Made by a program: the position numbers and the translations under genes. 64,000 bases of DNA from positions 17,891-81,890 of the forward strand of contig JAZNNB010000030.1 in NCBI GenBank assembly GCA_045580025.1, in the 5' to 3' direction. The first letter of the stretch is position 1; every line of letters starts with the position of its first letter. This DNA is from Clostridia bacterium (lineage in GTDB: Bacteria; Bacillota; Clostridia; Monoglobales; Monoglobaceae). Positions 37,320-47,194 of the stretch are shown piece by piece. The notes under the pieces were generated by a model. The model made no database searches and had not been told where the DNA came from. It saw nothing but the letters and a program-made list of their open reading frames with translations.

Positions 37320-40232
37320 TTAGTTGTTCTTTGTGCAAGCATCGATACCCTTGATAATAACGATATCTGTAACCTTGCCGTCATATTCTCTTACATATAC
37401 GATATCTGTGTAAGCAAGAGCGTCTTCAGCTGTAATCTCCTCAGCTACAATTCTGTTGCCCTTCTTAAGTGTGAAGGTAGCATCAGCATTATCTTCATCA
37501 TAGAGAGCTGCGAAGTACTTGTAAGAACCCTGAGTTGAAACTACAGGATCACCATCAAAGTTGAAGTTGATCACATACTTGTTAGCGCTATCTACGAGCT
37601 TGTATGATTCGCCACTTTCAAATGTGATGAGCTTTGAATTCTTGTGGTAAGCAGCTGCGATACCACCATCAATTTCTTCATCATCTACAGTGATTTCATA
37701 ATCCATATCAACTTCGTCATATGCACCATCAACTCTTACGCTTTCGTCAAAGTCATAAACCATAGCGATATCACTTACTACATCGCCTGTAAGTTTAACC
37801 TTAACGATATCACCAACTGTGAGAACATCGCCAACTTCGTCAGCTACATCAACTGTTGTAAGAGCATCGATTTCTTCGCCATTTACAAGGATTGTAACAG
37901 CAAGTACGCCTTCTTCTTCAGCATTAACTGTTGTGCCAACACCAGCAATAACAGCAAGACCTGCTGTTGCACCAGCTTTTGTGAAGCCAGCAGCGTCAAC
38001 TACGATAATATCGTTGTCGTCAGCCTTGTTTGTAGCATATACCTGGTATACAGTGTATTCATTCTTGTCTTCAAAGTCTGCAAGTTTAACAACCTTTGAA
38101 GCCTTAGCATCATCAGCGTCGATAGCGAAGATGATTGCATCTTCATCGATGTATGCGCCTTCAAGCTTGTTGAGGTCTGCATCAAAGTCGCCGCTTTCAG
38201 CATCCTTAGCAATGAACTTGTAGTTTTCATCATCTGCATCATCAGCTGTGTTGATTGTGCTGAGTTCACCATTTGAATTCTTTGTGTATCTTACAACATA
38301 ACCTTCTGTTGGTTCAAAATCTTCTCCGCCAAGAGCTTCAGCAGCTTCCTCAGCTGTTACTTCGTTTGCAGAAGATGTTGAGTAGATTACTTCGCCGTTA
38401 AGTTTAGCATTGTTCTTAAGAGCCATTGTTTCAATGTTGCCATCAGATGTAAGCACCATTACTTTTGCAACAGCCTTACCAAATGTAGGAGCGTCATCAA
38501 CGCCTACAGTAAGAATGTAACCATAGTTAGCAGCTGCGCCACCTGCAAGAGCAGCGTCTTCCTGGAATGCAGCAATCTTACCATACTTGTCAATGAAGAA
38601 TGTACCGCCAGCACCGATTTCAAGAGTGTCACCAGCGCGGTTTTCAGCTACATCGTACCAAACACCATCAACTTTGTAAGCTGTGTTTGTTCCGTTAACG
38701 ATTTCAGCTGATTTGTTTGATTTCTTTGTTGAAGCGATTGTACCAACAACCTGATTTGTAACAACTTCAGCAACGATTACGTTTGCATCATAGCCAGTAG
38801 CGATTACTGAAAGAACATCCCATTCGTTGAGTTCAGCAACGTCGATTGCTTCGCCATCTTTTGTGATCTTAACAATCTTTTCATTGTCATCAGCATCAAC
38901 CAAAAGTCCGCTCATACCAGCAGCATCTTCTTTGAATGCGATGTAGTTATCTTCAACTTCAGCAACAACAGCTGTTTCAGCAAGTTCAACGATAGCTACG
39001 TCATAACCAAGAACATCATCGTTGTCGATGAACTTAATCTGACCACCATAAAGTGAGCCAACGAGGTCTGCAAGGTCAATACCTTCGCCATTGTAGTTGT
39101 AAACAACTGTCATAGCGCTGTCTTCTTTGCCTTCAACATCACTGTCAACAGCAACTGTGATCTTTGTAGCTTTGTTAGCGCCATCTTTGAGGTATTCATG
39201 CTTACCTTCTTCGATTTCGCCGAGGTACTGATCAAGACCGATTACGAGTGTGTCGTTTCTGTTTGAATCAACAGCGATTGAAAGGAGTTCGAGGTTATCT
39301 TTTGAGTTAACCTTGAGGTAACCAATAACGCTGTGGCCAAGATAATCTTCAGCATCTGTTCCGTTTACAAGGAACTTGTTTGTAGCTCTGTCAAGGAATA
39401 CCTTGTTTTCTGTGCCATAGTCATCAGTAACATCGATTACAACATAAGCAGCTTCTGTTGTGTCGATATCTTTTTCTTCACCAAGCTTTGTGATTGAGTT
39501 CTCTGTAAGGATACCACGAATCTTAACATAACCAAGGTTTTCGCTCATAAGAGTTTTGTAACCTTCTGTTCTTTCTGTGTATTCGTTGTATTCGCCTTCA
39601 GCAATCTTGTAAATAACTTCGCCGTTTGTGTTCCAGCTTGCCTGAACCATCAAAGGTGTGTCAATTGCATTTTCAAGAATCTGAGCGATTGTACCACGGT
39701 TAGCAGGCTGACCTACTGCTGCGTTAGAAACTGAAAGTGATACATCGTATCTCTGAGCTGCAGCGAGGTAACCTGTGGGGTAACCACCGTTCTTTTCAGC
39801 AAAAGGTGTGTAGCCAAGTGTAGCCATTACCATCTTTACAGCCTGTTCATAGAGAACGGGATCTTCGGGACCGAAGTTTCCGTCGCCATAGCCGTTGATG
39901 ATGCCCATGCCAGCAGCGTTTGCAATGTAACCAGAAGCCCAGTGGCTTGCAGGAACGTCAGCAAAACCTGTGTTAGCAGAAGCCTTAGCCATTTCGCCAT
40001 AACCCTGGATACGAGCGATAAGAGCAGCCATTTCAGCTCTTGTTACGCCGTCTTCGGGCTTGAATGTGCCGTCTTCGTAACCTGTAATGATTCCGAGTTT
40101 GTTGAGTGTTTCAACTGCTTCGTAATAAGCGCTGTCTTCAGCAACATCAGTATAAGTAGCACCAAATGCAACTGTTGTGAGTGCGAGAGCGAAAACGCAT
40201 ACGAGAGCAATCACTTTTTTGAGATTTAACAT
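37320..40232 (-). CDS. SLH-domain acidic surface protein, candidate major S-layer protein
   Basis: 970 aa. Signal peptide MLNLKKVIALVCVFALALTTVAFGA, with a putative cleavage after the AFG-A. Three SLH segments (YTDVAEDSAYYEAVETLNKLGIITGYEDGTFKPED; FADVPASHWASGYI; GGYPTGYLAAA). The body is long, D/E-rich and nearly Cys-free. AAGGAGGAT Shine-Dalgarno, long leader, tandem promoters and a strong terminator. Confidence 0.9.
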   Translation of the reverse strand: MLNLKKVIALVCVFALALTTVAFGATYTDVAEDSAYYEAVETLNKLGIITGYEDGTFKPEDGVTRAEMAALIARIQGYGEMAKASANTGFADVPASHWASGYIANAAGMGIINGYGDGNFGPEDPVLYEQAVKMVMATLGYTPFAEKNGGYPTGYLAAAQRYDVSLSVSNAAVGQPANRGTIAQILENAIDTPLMVQASWNTNGEVIYKIAEGEYNEYTERTEGYKTLMSENLGYVKIRGILTENSITKLGEEKDIDTTEAAYVVIDVTDDYGTENKVFLDRATNKFLVNGTDAEDYLGHSVIGYLKVNSKDNLELLSIAVDSNRNDTLVIGLDQYLGEIEEGKHEYLKDGANKATKITVAVDSDVEGKEDSAMTVVYNYNGEGIDLADLVGSLYGGQIKFIDNDDVLGYDVAIVELAETAVVAEVEDNYIAFKEDAAGMSGLLVDADDNEKIVKITKDGEAIDVAELNEWDVLSVIATGYDANVIVAEVVTNQVVGTIASTKKSNKSAEIVNGTNTAYKVDGVWYDVAENRAGDTLEIGAGGTFFIDKYGKIAAFQEDAALAGGAAANYGYILTVGVDDAPTFGKAVAKVMVLTSDGNIETMALKNNAKLNGEVIYSTSSANEVTAEEAAEALGGEDFEPTEGYVVRYTKNSNGELSTINTADDADDENYKFIAKDAESGDFDADLNKLEGAYIDEDAIIFAIDADDAKASKVVKLADFEDKNEYTVYQVYATNKADDNDIIVVDAAGFTKAGATAGLAVIAGVGTTVNAEEEGVLAVTILVNGEEIDALTTVDVADEVGDVLTVGDIVKVKLTGDVVSDIAMVYDFDESVRVDGAYDEVDMDYEITVDDEEIDGGIAAAYHKNSKLITFESGESYKLVDSANKYVINFNFDGDPVVSTQGSYKYFAALYDEDNADATFTLKKGNRIVAEEITAEDALAYTDIVYVREYDGKVTDIVIIKGIDACTKNN

Positions 40233-40347
40233 AGTCTCAAATCCTCCTTGAATAAAATATATATTTGTTAATTTTTTTTACAAAGTTATGAATGTTTGTT
40301 TCAGGGAGAAATGCATCAAAACATAACACCCCCATTAACTTAGGTTG

Positions 40348-40377
40348 ATTATATCACCAAAACACCGTCAATGTCAA
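40348..40377 (-). promoter_or_regulatory. Proximal promoter (P1) of the S-layer gene
   Basis: Minus strand: TTGACA (40377-40372), 18-nt spacer, TATAAT (40353-40348) preceded by an extended TGa. This predicts a leader of about 105 nt. Confidence 0.6.
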
Positions 40378-40386
40378 CACGAATTT

Positions 40387-40416
40387 GAAAATGTAACATA
40401 TTTGTAATACATTTTC
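40387..40416. promoter_or_regulatory. Perfect 9-bp inverted repeat just upstream of P1 (candidate operator or activator site)
   Basis: gaaaatgta (40387-40395), 12 nt, tacattttc (40408-40416). It lies 10 nt beyond the P1 -35 element. Confidence 0.4.
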
Positions 40417-40484
40417 AACTCTTTTGTCAAACTAAGTACGGTGAAACCTATATATTGATAAAAAATCATTCCTTTATGTCATAT

Positions 40485-40513
40485 ATTGTACTATCAAGAA
40501 AGCAATATGTCAA
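40485..40513 (-). promoter_or_regulatory. Distal promoter (P2) upstream of the S-layer gene
   Basis: Minus strand: TTGACA (40513-40508), 17-nt spacer, TACAAT (40490-40485). Confidence 0.45.
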
Positions 40514-40614
40514 GGGTTTTTGAAAAATTTGGTAATTTTTTCTGTGTTTTTGGGACATTTTAAGAATTTTTGCTTATTTATTGTATAATTATATAGGAAG
40601 AAACTCGGGAAAAA

Positions 40615-41925
40615 CTATATCCCAACAAGAGTTTCTATCTCCAAAAAGCTTCTTTCAGCATATTTTTGAGCTTTTTCCTTTTTGTCCTTTATGCGAACTC
40701 CCAAGTCTTCAAATATTCCAAAGTTCACATTCATAGGCTGAAAATCTTCTACCGCAGGGTTTGATATATAATTTGCCAGTGCGCCAAGGGCAGTTTTGGA
40801 TGTGATTTTGGGCATTTCCTTACCAAGAACAGCACTTGCCGCCGAAATTCCTGCCCAAAGACCTGATGCGGCCGATTCAATATAACCTTCAACCCCTGTT
40901 ATCTGACCTGCGAAATAGATTTTGGGGAATTCTTTCATATTATAATTATCGGTTAGATACTGGGGCGAGTTTATATAAGTATTGCGGTGCATAACACCGT
41001 ATCTAACAAATTCCGCATTTTCGAGTCCCGGTATCATCCCAAACACTCTTTTTTGCTCGCCAAATTTCAGATGAGTCTGAAAGCCTACTATATTGTACAT
41101 ACTTGCCGAGGCATTGTCCTGACGAAGTTGCACCACCGCATAGGGCCTTGTTCCGTCATGGGGGCTTGTCAACCCCACGGGCTTTAGCGGGCCAAAGCGC
41201 ATGGTGTCCTCGCCACGAGATGCCATAACCTCAATGGGCATACAGCCCTCAAACACTTTCGGATTTTCAACTCCCTCGTGAACAGCAGCACACTCAGCGG
41301 TCACAAGGGCATTTCGAAAGACGATATATTCTTCTTTTGTCATAGGGCAGTTGATATAATCATCACCGCCCTTGCCATAACGTGCCGCTTTAAAAGCCTT
41401 AGTCATATCAATGCTGTCATACGCCACAATAGGCGCTGCCGCATCAAAAAAGTGCAGACCCTCGCCGCCGGTAAGTTCTGCTATGCAGTCTGAAATCCCG
41501 TCAGATGCCAGAGGTCCTGCCGCTATGACAGTATATTCATCGGTGTTGATTTCTGTTACTTCTTCCGATACCACTTCAATCAATTCACAGCTCTTTATTT
41601 TTTCTGTTACCATTTTTGAAAAGCCCTCACGGTCAACCGCAAGAGCTCCCCCCGCAGGAACACGGGTGGCATCAGCACACTCCATAATGAGTGAGTCTAA
41701 TTTTCGCATTTCTTCTTTCAATAGTCCTACCGCATTGTATATGCCATCGGCACGGAGGGAGTTACTGCACACAAGTTCAGCAAAATCGGCAGTTTTGTGT
41801 GCGGGTGACATTTTCTTTGGTTTCATTTCGAAAAGTCTTACCCTTACCCCGCGTTTTGCCAGTTGCCACGCAGTCTCACATCCTGCCAGCCCTGCGCCGA
41901 TTATTTTCACTATTTTTTCTTCCAT
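40615..41925 (-). CDS. trmFO: Methylenetetrahydrofolate--tRNA-(uracil54-C5)-methyltransferase
   Basis: 436 aa. FAD dinucleotide fold [19 protein letters not shown] and a Gid/TrmFO body. Confidence 0.95.
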   Translation of the reverse strand: MEEKIVKIIGAGLAGCETAWQLAKRGVRVRLFEMKPKKMSPAHKTADFAELVCSNSLRADGIYNAVGLLKEEMRKLDSLIMECADATRVPAGGALAVDREGFSKMVTEKIKSCELIEVVSEEVTEINTDEYTVIAAGPLASDGISDCIAELTGGEGLHFFDAAAPIVAYDSIDMTKAFKAARYGKGGDDYINCPMTKEEYIVFRNALVTAECAAVHEGVENPKVFEGCMPIEVMASRGEDTMRFGPLKPVGLTSPHDGTRPYAVVQLRQDNASASMYNIVGFQTHLKFGEQKRVFGMIPGLENAEFVRYGVMHRNTYINSPQYLTDNYNMKEFPKIYFAGQITGVEGYIESAASGLWAGISAASAVLGKEMPKITSKTALGALANYISNPAVEDFQPMNVNFGIFEDLGVRIKDKKEKAQKYAERSFLEIETLVGI

Positions 41926-41995
41926 GGTTTGTCTTTTCCTTTCGGATAAATTCTTTTATATATATTATCACAAACCATGCCCCGATGCAAGTGCT

Positions 41996-42904
41996 TTAAA
42001 GCCCCACTGTCATTGCGCCCAAAAGAACGGGCAGTGTTTCCCGATAAATCTTTGGGAATTGTGACAAAGGCAGTGGGTTTTGACCCTCTCCCACCTCAAT
42101 GGTAAAACCAACTCTGCGAAATTCGTCCACAAACCAATCTTTGTAGCCGCCGTATGAGGCAATTCCTTCTGTCTGGTCAATGCGGTATGGTGAAATTTTT
42201 TCAAAAGCCTTGGCTATTTTCAAAGAGATGGGCGGTTCTTTCTTTTGAAAGCCGTGGTATATCACCTTTCCCTGACTGTGAAAGGCAATGGCCATTTTGA
42301 AGTCGTGTTCACGGGTAAATCTCACAAGAGCACGACTTTCCGGCTCAGAAAAAGGTACTACTCCTGAATAACGGGTGGGGCCTGGTCCCAATATGCCATA
42401 TTCTTTTTCCATTTTTTTTGACATTTCCCACATTCCGTCATAGTTGTGGTTCAGGTCAACACCACGGGCATTCGCCTGCCATCTGCCAAAATCCTTTGAG
42501 CCATTAAACTTTATCAGCTGATTTTTGAGTTCCGGGCTTAAGTCCTCAGGAATACCTGATGCGGCAAGTTCCACTCCGTCAGGGTTCACCATTGGCACTA
42601 TATAAAGTGACGTTTTTTTCGACAGTGCTCTTGGTAAAAATCCACCCAGTCCCACATTTTTCCTTTCAGCCTCAAGAAAATCTGCAGCAAATTTTACCAA
42701 AAGCTGTGCGGTTATCCATTCCATTCCATGATGCGCACCGTTAAAGGAAATCTTATTTTCGCCCCTGCCAAGTCTTATGTAAAAAAGTTCTTTCCCCCAG
42801 ACAGACTTTCCTATGCTTCCCCCCTCAAACTCCGGAAAACTTCTCGCCAGACGGCTCATATCCTTTTTTAACTGCTCATGTTTGTAGGCTATATTTTTTT
42901 TCAT
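41996..42904 (-). CDS. M14-family zinc carboxypeptidase-like peptidase (gamma-D-glutamyl-diamino acid peptidase type)
   Basis: NGAHHGMEWIT (HxxE zinc motif). Length and layout are YqgT-like. No signal peptide is visible. Confidence 0.8.
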   Translation of the reverse strand: MKKNIAYKHEQLKKDMSRLARSFPEFEGGSIGKSVWGKELFYIRLGRGENKISFNGAHHGMEWITAQLLVKFAADFLEAERKNVGLGGFLPRALSKKTSLYIVPMVNPDGVELAASGIPEDLSPELKNQLIKFNGSKDFGRWQANARGVDLNHNYDGMWEMSKKMEKEYGILGPGPTRYSGVVPFSEPESRALVRFTREHDFKMAIAFHSQGKVIYHGFQKKEPPISLKIAKAFEKISPYRIDQTEGIASYGGYKDWFVDEFRRVGFTIEVGEGQNPLPLSQFPKIYRETLPVLLGAMTVGL

Positions 42905-43037
42905 AAAATCAACTCCCTAAGTATTCGAAAATCATCATTTAAAATATATGAAAAAAGAAGAAAAGTATGCCCTCTCATTTTATTCTTTACCAAACAACTG
43001 CAAAACAAAAAGCCGCCACCTTTTCAGCTTTGGCTTT

Positions 43038-44237
43038 TTATAAACTATTCAAAAAATCCGCAATTTCTTCTGCTCCCAAAGTCGCTCCACGCACAGCTTC
43101 TTCCATTGTGTTTCCACTGCTTCCCACTTCAAGAATGAGACTCGCCTGAGTGAGATGTCCGTTAAACCTCTCATTCCTCAAATTTATTCCCCTCATAAGC
43201 GTGGGATATTTTTTGCTGATATGGTTTTGGAGTTTCACCGCAAACTTCATATTATTTTGCCAATCAGGATGGTCAAGTCCGCCGCCCGAAGTTCCCACCA
43301 CAAACATCAGCTGAGCAGTTTCTTTGCCGTCAATTTTTGTGACGAATTTCGCCTTGCTTCCGTCATCATAAACAAACGCATCCCGATGTATATCAAGTAC
43401 AATCTTTATTCCCTGATTCTTTGAGAGGTACTTTTCCACCGTCTTTCTGGAATTCTCATAAGAGCCGTTGAAGTTCGGATGGTCGTGGAGAGTTTTGTCG
43501 TGAATTACTTTAATGCCCTTTTTCTCCAGGATGTTCTTTACCGTTTCCCCCACCTTGATTACATTCTTCGTTTCATCAAGACTTCTATCGCTTTTATCGG
43601 TCTGATAGCTGGTAGCTCCTGCCTCTGCATAGCTTTCGGTTGCGTGGGTGTGAACAATCAGCACCTCAGGGGGTGAACCATTTATTCCAAAGTCAATCCC
43701 TGATGCCAGCATCTCATCAATATTTACCCCGAAATTCGTATCATTGCGGACAAGAATTTTTCCATGTTTCTCCCCAAGCGTTTTTGACTGGCTTGAATCC
43801 ACCGCCTTTATGGGATACTCTTTCTGCTTCTCCTCCTCTTTAATCTTTCCTTTTTCGGAAAGCATTTCGTCTACCCGTTGGTTTGCCTGAGTCGCAAGAT
43901 AACCTCCGCTGACCGTCCTCACGAGAGGCATCTGCCCAAAAATTACTGTGCGACTGTCCTTTGGGTCAAAGCCAAGGGTAAAGCTCATACCCTTTTGGCT
44001 CCATCTTTCAATAAAACCATCCTCATTCCCGCTGTTTTCTTCCCCCGCCCGTAAAACAGGAAGGCTTTCTCTCATGATTTGTTCACTGTTAAAAAGCTTT
44101 CCCGCAAAAAGCTTGCCCGCATCGGCAATCTCCAGATTTATAATTGCAAGACACGAAATCACTGTTATTATGGCAATTTCAAGCCCGCGTTTTACCACCT
44201 TTTTGGCGTCAATAACCACTGCTCTGTAATGCTTCAT
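43038..44237 (-). CDS. spoIIP: Stage II sporulation protein P
   Basis: VLIVHTHATESY and LDIHRDA motifs, with an N-terminal TM. ATG 44237 follows AAAGGAAAG. The upstream Met codons of the track ORF lie at or before the putative promoter. Confidence 0.9.
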   Translation of the reverse strand: MKHYRAVVIDAKKVVKRGLEIAIITVISCLAIINLEIADAGKLFAGKLFNSEQIMRESLPVLRAGEENSGNEDGFIERWSQKGMSFTLGFDPKDSRTVIFGQMPLVRTVSGGYLATQANQRVDEMLSEKGKIKEEEKQKEYPIKAVDSSQSKTLGEKHGKILVRNDTNFGVNIDEMLASGIDFGINGSPPEVLIVHTHATESYAEAGATSYQTDKSDRSLDETKNVIKVGETVKNILEKKGIKVIHDKTLHDHPNFNGSYENSRKTVEKYLSKNQGIKIVLDIHRDAFVYDDGSKAKFVTKIDGKETAQLMFVVGTSGGGLDHPDWQNNMKFAVKLQNHISKKYPTLMRGINLRNERFNGHLTQASLILEVGSSGNTMEEAVRGATLGAEEIADFLNSL

Positions 44238-44295
44238 GGATACTTTCCTTTCTCTTTTGACAAATGCTCCATCTTCCATGGACATCCTATAAAAC

Positions 44296-44324
44296 ACTAT
44301 ATGAAAAAATCTTTTCATATATTC
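44296..44324 (-). promoter_or_regulatory. Candidate sigma-E-type sporulation promoter of spoIIP
   Basis: Minus strand: GAATATA (44324-44318), 14-nt spacer, CATATAGT (44303-44296). The B. subtilis sigma-E consensus is roughly kmATAtt-14-CATACAnT. Confidence 0.35.
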
Positions 44325-44326
44325 CG

Positions 44327-44358
44327 CCAAAAGAAAAAGGAGTGAAATTCCACTCCTT
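44327..44358 (-). terminator. Rho-independent terminator after the TIM-barrel gene
   Basis: Stem aaggagtg / cactcctt. On the minus strand it is followed by tttttcttttgg. Confidence 0.8.
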
Positions 44359-44365
44359 CAAAAAA

Positions 44366-45157
44366 TTATTTATATTTTTTTACTGCATCATCAAGCTTCT
44401 TTATCGCCTCACCTGCCCGACGGTAATATTCCTGTGGTGAGAAACCATCATAATGTTTGCTTTCGCTCCTGAACACCTCAAGCATCAGCGTCCCGCCAAA
44501 ATGATAATCTACCAAAGTCTTTGCCACATAATCAAAGTCGCATATTCCGTCATAAGGCAAAAGATGTTCATCCTCATCCTGAACGTGATGATTGTCATGG
44601 AGATGCACCGCACTGAGCCTTTCACCGAAAAGGGGCATATAATGTCTTCCCTTTGTAAAGCACCCCTCGTGCCCCACATCCCAGCAAAAACCCGCCTGAG
44701 TATGTTGCTCAAGAATTGATGCGAGATTTGCAACAAACCTTTGATTTTCAAAAGCAAGGGTTACATTCTTTTTCTCCGCATACTCCACAAGCTTTTTGTA
44801 TCTATAGTTTCCTATATCCGAAATAACAGGTGCAGGTCTTCCCGATGAAAGATGCACCACCGCCACAGGTATATCATAGTCTCCGCAACGGCTCACTGTT
44901 TCAAAAAGTCTCTCCATCATCTTATCCCCGTCAGTGCCGTCTTTCCACATAGCGTTTATTCCGTCAAAAGGAGCATGAAGTGTGTCAAACACAATGCCGC
45001 ATCTTTTCACCTTGTCAACAAGATTATCCGTCAAAAGAGGTGAGTCCCCCAAAAAGAACGTATGTCCAAAACCATTTTCTTTCATAAGTTCAATCTGTCC
45101 GTCTATGTCAAGCAGTTCTCCATTATCATAGCAAAACAAATTTATTCCTTTTTCCAT
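44366..45157 (-). CDS. Xylose-isomerase-like TIM-barrel protein (sugar phosphate isomerase/epimerase family)
   Basis: His/Asp/Glu-rich metal-site segments (FDTLHAP, AFENQ, WDVGHEG, HLHDN). ATG 45157 follows GAGGTGA. Confidence 0.75.
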   Translation of the reverse strand: MEKGINLFCYDNGELLDIDGQIELMKENGFGHTFFLGDSPLLTDNLVDKVKRCGIVFDTLHAPFDGINAMWKDGTDGDKMMERLFETVSRCGDYDIPVAVVHLSSGRPAPVISDIGNYRYKKLVEYAEKKNVTLAFENQRFVANLASILEQHTQAGFCWDVGHEGCFTKGRHYMPLFGERLSAVHLHDNHHVQDEDEHLLPYDGICDFDYVAKTLVDYHFGGTLMLEVFRSESKHYDGFSPQEYYRRAGEAIKKLDDAVKKYK

Positions 45158-45163
45158 CAAAAA

Positions 45164-45847
45164 TCACCTCGTTTTTAATTCTCTCTCCCATTTTATCAAT
45201 ATGAAAATTCCGTTAATCAGATATACTATCCACATAACAAAAGTTGCAAAATTGTCCTGACCTGAGCTGAAATTCTGCCACCACATATAAATGCTGAAAA
45301 GGTTTACAAAAAGCCAAATCCACCATTGTTCGCTGTATCTTCTGACAGCTACAATCATTGCTACAACCGACGAAACCGTGGTAAAACTGTCAACATAGGG
45401 AAGTGCGTCCCCCATATTTTCAAGAACTTTCCCGAAAATCGCAGTTGCCAGAAGAATTAAAACTGCAAGAACAACCCTGCCATAAGCAGTCATACGCTGT
45501 TTTCTCACTTCGTTTGTTTCTTCATTCATATTCTTCTTCCAAAGAAAAAACCCCACAAACATCATAGGTATATAATAAAAAACGTTCAGCAGAGTTTCGC
45601 CAAAAAGCTGAGCCCTATATGAAATAACAGAATAAAGCACACAATTAACTATCCCAAAAATATATGCCATAAGCTTACCCTTGCCCGACAGGATAACATA
45701 AAGTACACCGCTGACAGCAGATATTATTCCCACGAAAGAATCCTCCATACAAATCGAAAGAACAGCAATCCCAAGGCACACAAAGGCGAGCCATACTACC
45801 TCTTTTTTCTTCCAGCCTGCTATCTCCGTTTTAAAAAACTCTCTCAT
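45164..45847 (-). CDS. pnuC: PnuC-family nicotinamide riboside-type transporter
   Basis: Seven-TM protein with PnuC-like motifs (GKGKLMAYIFG, WWIWLFVN, WW). ATG 45847 follows GGAGA. Confidence 0.85.
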   Translation of the reverse strand: MREFFKTEIAGWKKKEVVWLAFVCLGIAVLSICMEDSFVGIISAVSGVLYVILSGKGKLMAYIFGIVNCVLYSVISYRAQLFGETLLNVFYYIPMMFVGFFLWKKNMNEETNEVRKQRMTAYGRVVLAVLILLATAIFGKVLENMGDALPYVDSFTTVSSVVAMIVAVRRYSEQWWIWLFVNLFSIYMWWQNFSSGQDNFATFVMWIVYLINGIFILIKWERELKTR

Positions 45848-45865
45848 CTTATATTTCTCCAAAAC

Positions 45866-47194
45866 CTACTTGCACTTTGTTAGCAATGCTACCGTTTCCA
45901 CGTGCGGCGTCCTCGGGAACATATCAACGGGCTGAACAATCTCGGTCCTATATCCCAAATTCTCAAGCATCCTCAAGTCCCTCGCGAGTGTTGAGGGTTT
46001 GCAGGACACATAAACTATCCGCTTAGTTTTGGTTCTTGACACAGTTTTAAGAAGACTCTCTTCGCATCCCTTTCGGGGCGGGTCAAGAATAACCACATCA
46101 GGCTTTTCTTTTTTGAGTCTTGGTGCCATTTCCTCCGCTGTGCCGCAATAATACTCTGCGTTTTTTATGCCGTTGAGTTTCATATTTTCCTCGGCGTTCT
46201 GAATAGCCTCTGGAACCACCTCAATGCCCACAACCTTTTTAGCACTGTGTGCAAGATACTGACCGATTGTTCCTGTTCCGCAATACAAATCCCAGACAGT
46301 CTCTTTCCCTGAAAGATTTGCAAACTCCTTCACCTTGTCATAAAGGACCTTTGTCTGTTTTTTGTTCACCTGATAAAAAGAATGGGGTGAAATTTTAAAT
46401 TTAAGATCACCTATACTATCAATTATATAATCCTTGCCCCAAAGAGTAACAAAATTTTTCCCCAGAACAACATTGGTTTTTTTGTTGTTTATATTGAGCA
46501 ATACCCCCGAAAGTTCGTCTACTTCGGCTTTCAGTATCTCTACCAATTTTTCTAAAAATGGTGTCTTCTCACTTGTGGCAACAATAGAAACCACGCATCC
46601 GCTGTCGCCATTTCGAGTATAGATGTGACGTATCAGCCCTTTGCCAGTTTCTTCATCATAGGGCAAAATACCGTATTCACTCATCCACCTTCGCACCGCC
46701 GCCAAAACTCTCGGGTTTTCATCACCTTGAATTATGCATCGATTCATGTCAATAACTCTGTGACTGTTCTGTGCGTAAATGCCGATTCCATCCTTTGACA
46801 CGGGAAACTGTCCTTTGTTGCGATAACCCCGAATCTCACTGCAACCAATAACATTCTTGACCTCGGCAGAAATTTTACCAAGTCGCATCAAGCAATCTTT
46901 CACCTTTTGGGTCTTATATTCCATTTCTTTTTCATATTCAGTGTTCCAGAATCTGCATCCGCCGCATTTATAAAAATATTCGCACTCCGCTTTGATGCGA
47001 TAAGGTGACGGCTCTATAACCTCCAGAAGTTTTCCAAAGGCATAGCTTTTCATAACCTTTACGATTATCGCGCGAACCCTCTCACCCAAAAGGGCATAAG
47101 GAACAAAGACCGCCATACCGTCCATTCTTCCTACGCCATCGCCGTCGTCGGTTGTTCCTGTAATTTCAATTTCAAAAATATCGTTTTTTTTCAT
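45866..47194 (-). CDS. rlmD: 23S rRNA (uracil-C5)-methyltransferase RlmD/RumA family
   Basis: TRAM N-terminus, Fe-S Cys motif [16 protein letters not shown] site [10 protein letters not shown]. The ATG overlaps the recR stop (ATGA). Confidence 0.9.
   Translation of the reverse strand: MKKNDIFEIEITGTTDDGDGVGRMDGMAVFVPYALLGERVRAIIVKVMKSYAFGKLLEVIEPSPYRIKAECEYFYKCGGCRFWNTEYEKEMEYKTQKVKDCLMRLGKISAEVKNVIGCSEIRGYRNKGQFPVSKDGIGIYAQNSHRVIDMNRCIIQGDENPRVLAAVRRWMSEYGILPYDEETGKGLIRHIYTRNGDSGCVVSIVATSEKTPFLEKLVEILKAEVDELSGVLLNINNKKTNVVLGKNFVTLWGKDYIIDSIGDLKFKISPHSFYQVNKKQTKVLYDKVKEFANLSGKETVWDLYCGTGTIGQYLAHSAKKVVGIEVVPEAIQNAEENMKLNGIKNAEYYCGTAEEMAPRLKKEKPDVVILDPPRKGCEESLLKTVSRTKTKRIVYVSCKPSTLARDLRMLENLGYRTEIVQPVDMFPRTPHVETVALLTKCK

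Noticed and set aside
42985-43037. A possible terminator hairpin after spoIIP (aaaagcc ... ggctttt)
   Set aside because: The stem is only 7 bp around a 17-nt loop, and the inner pairings are inconsistent. It may act as a weak terminator, but the structure is not convincing.
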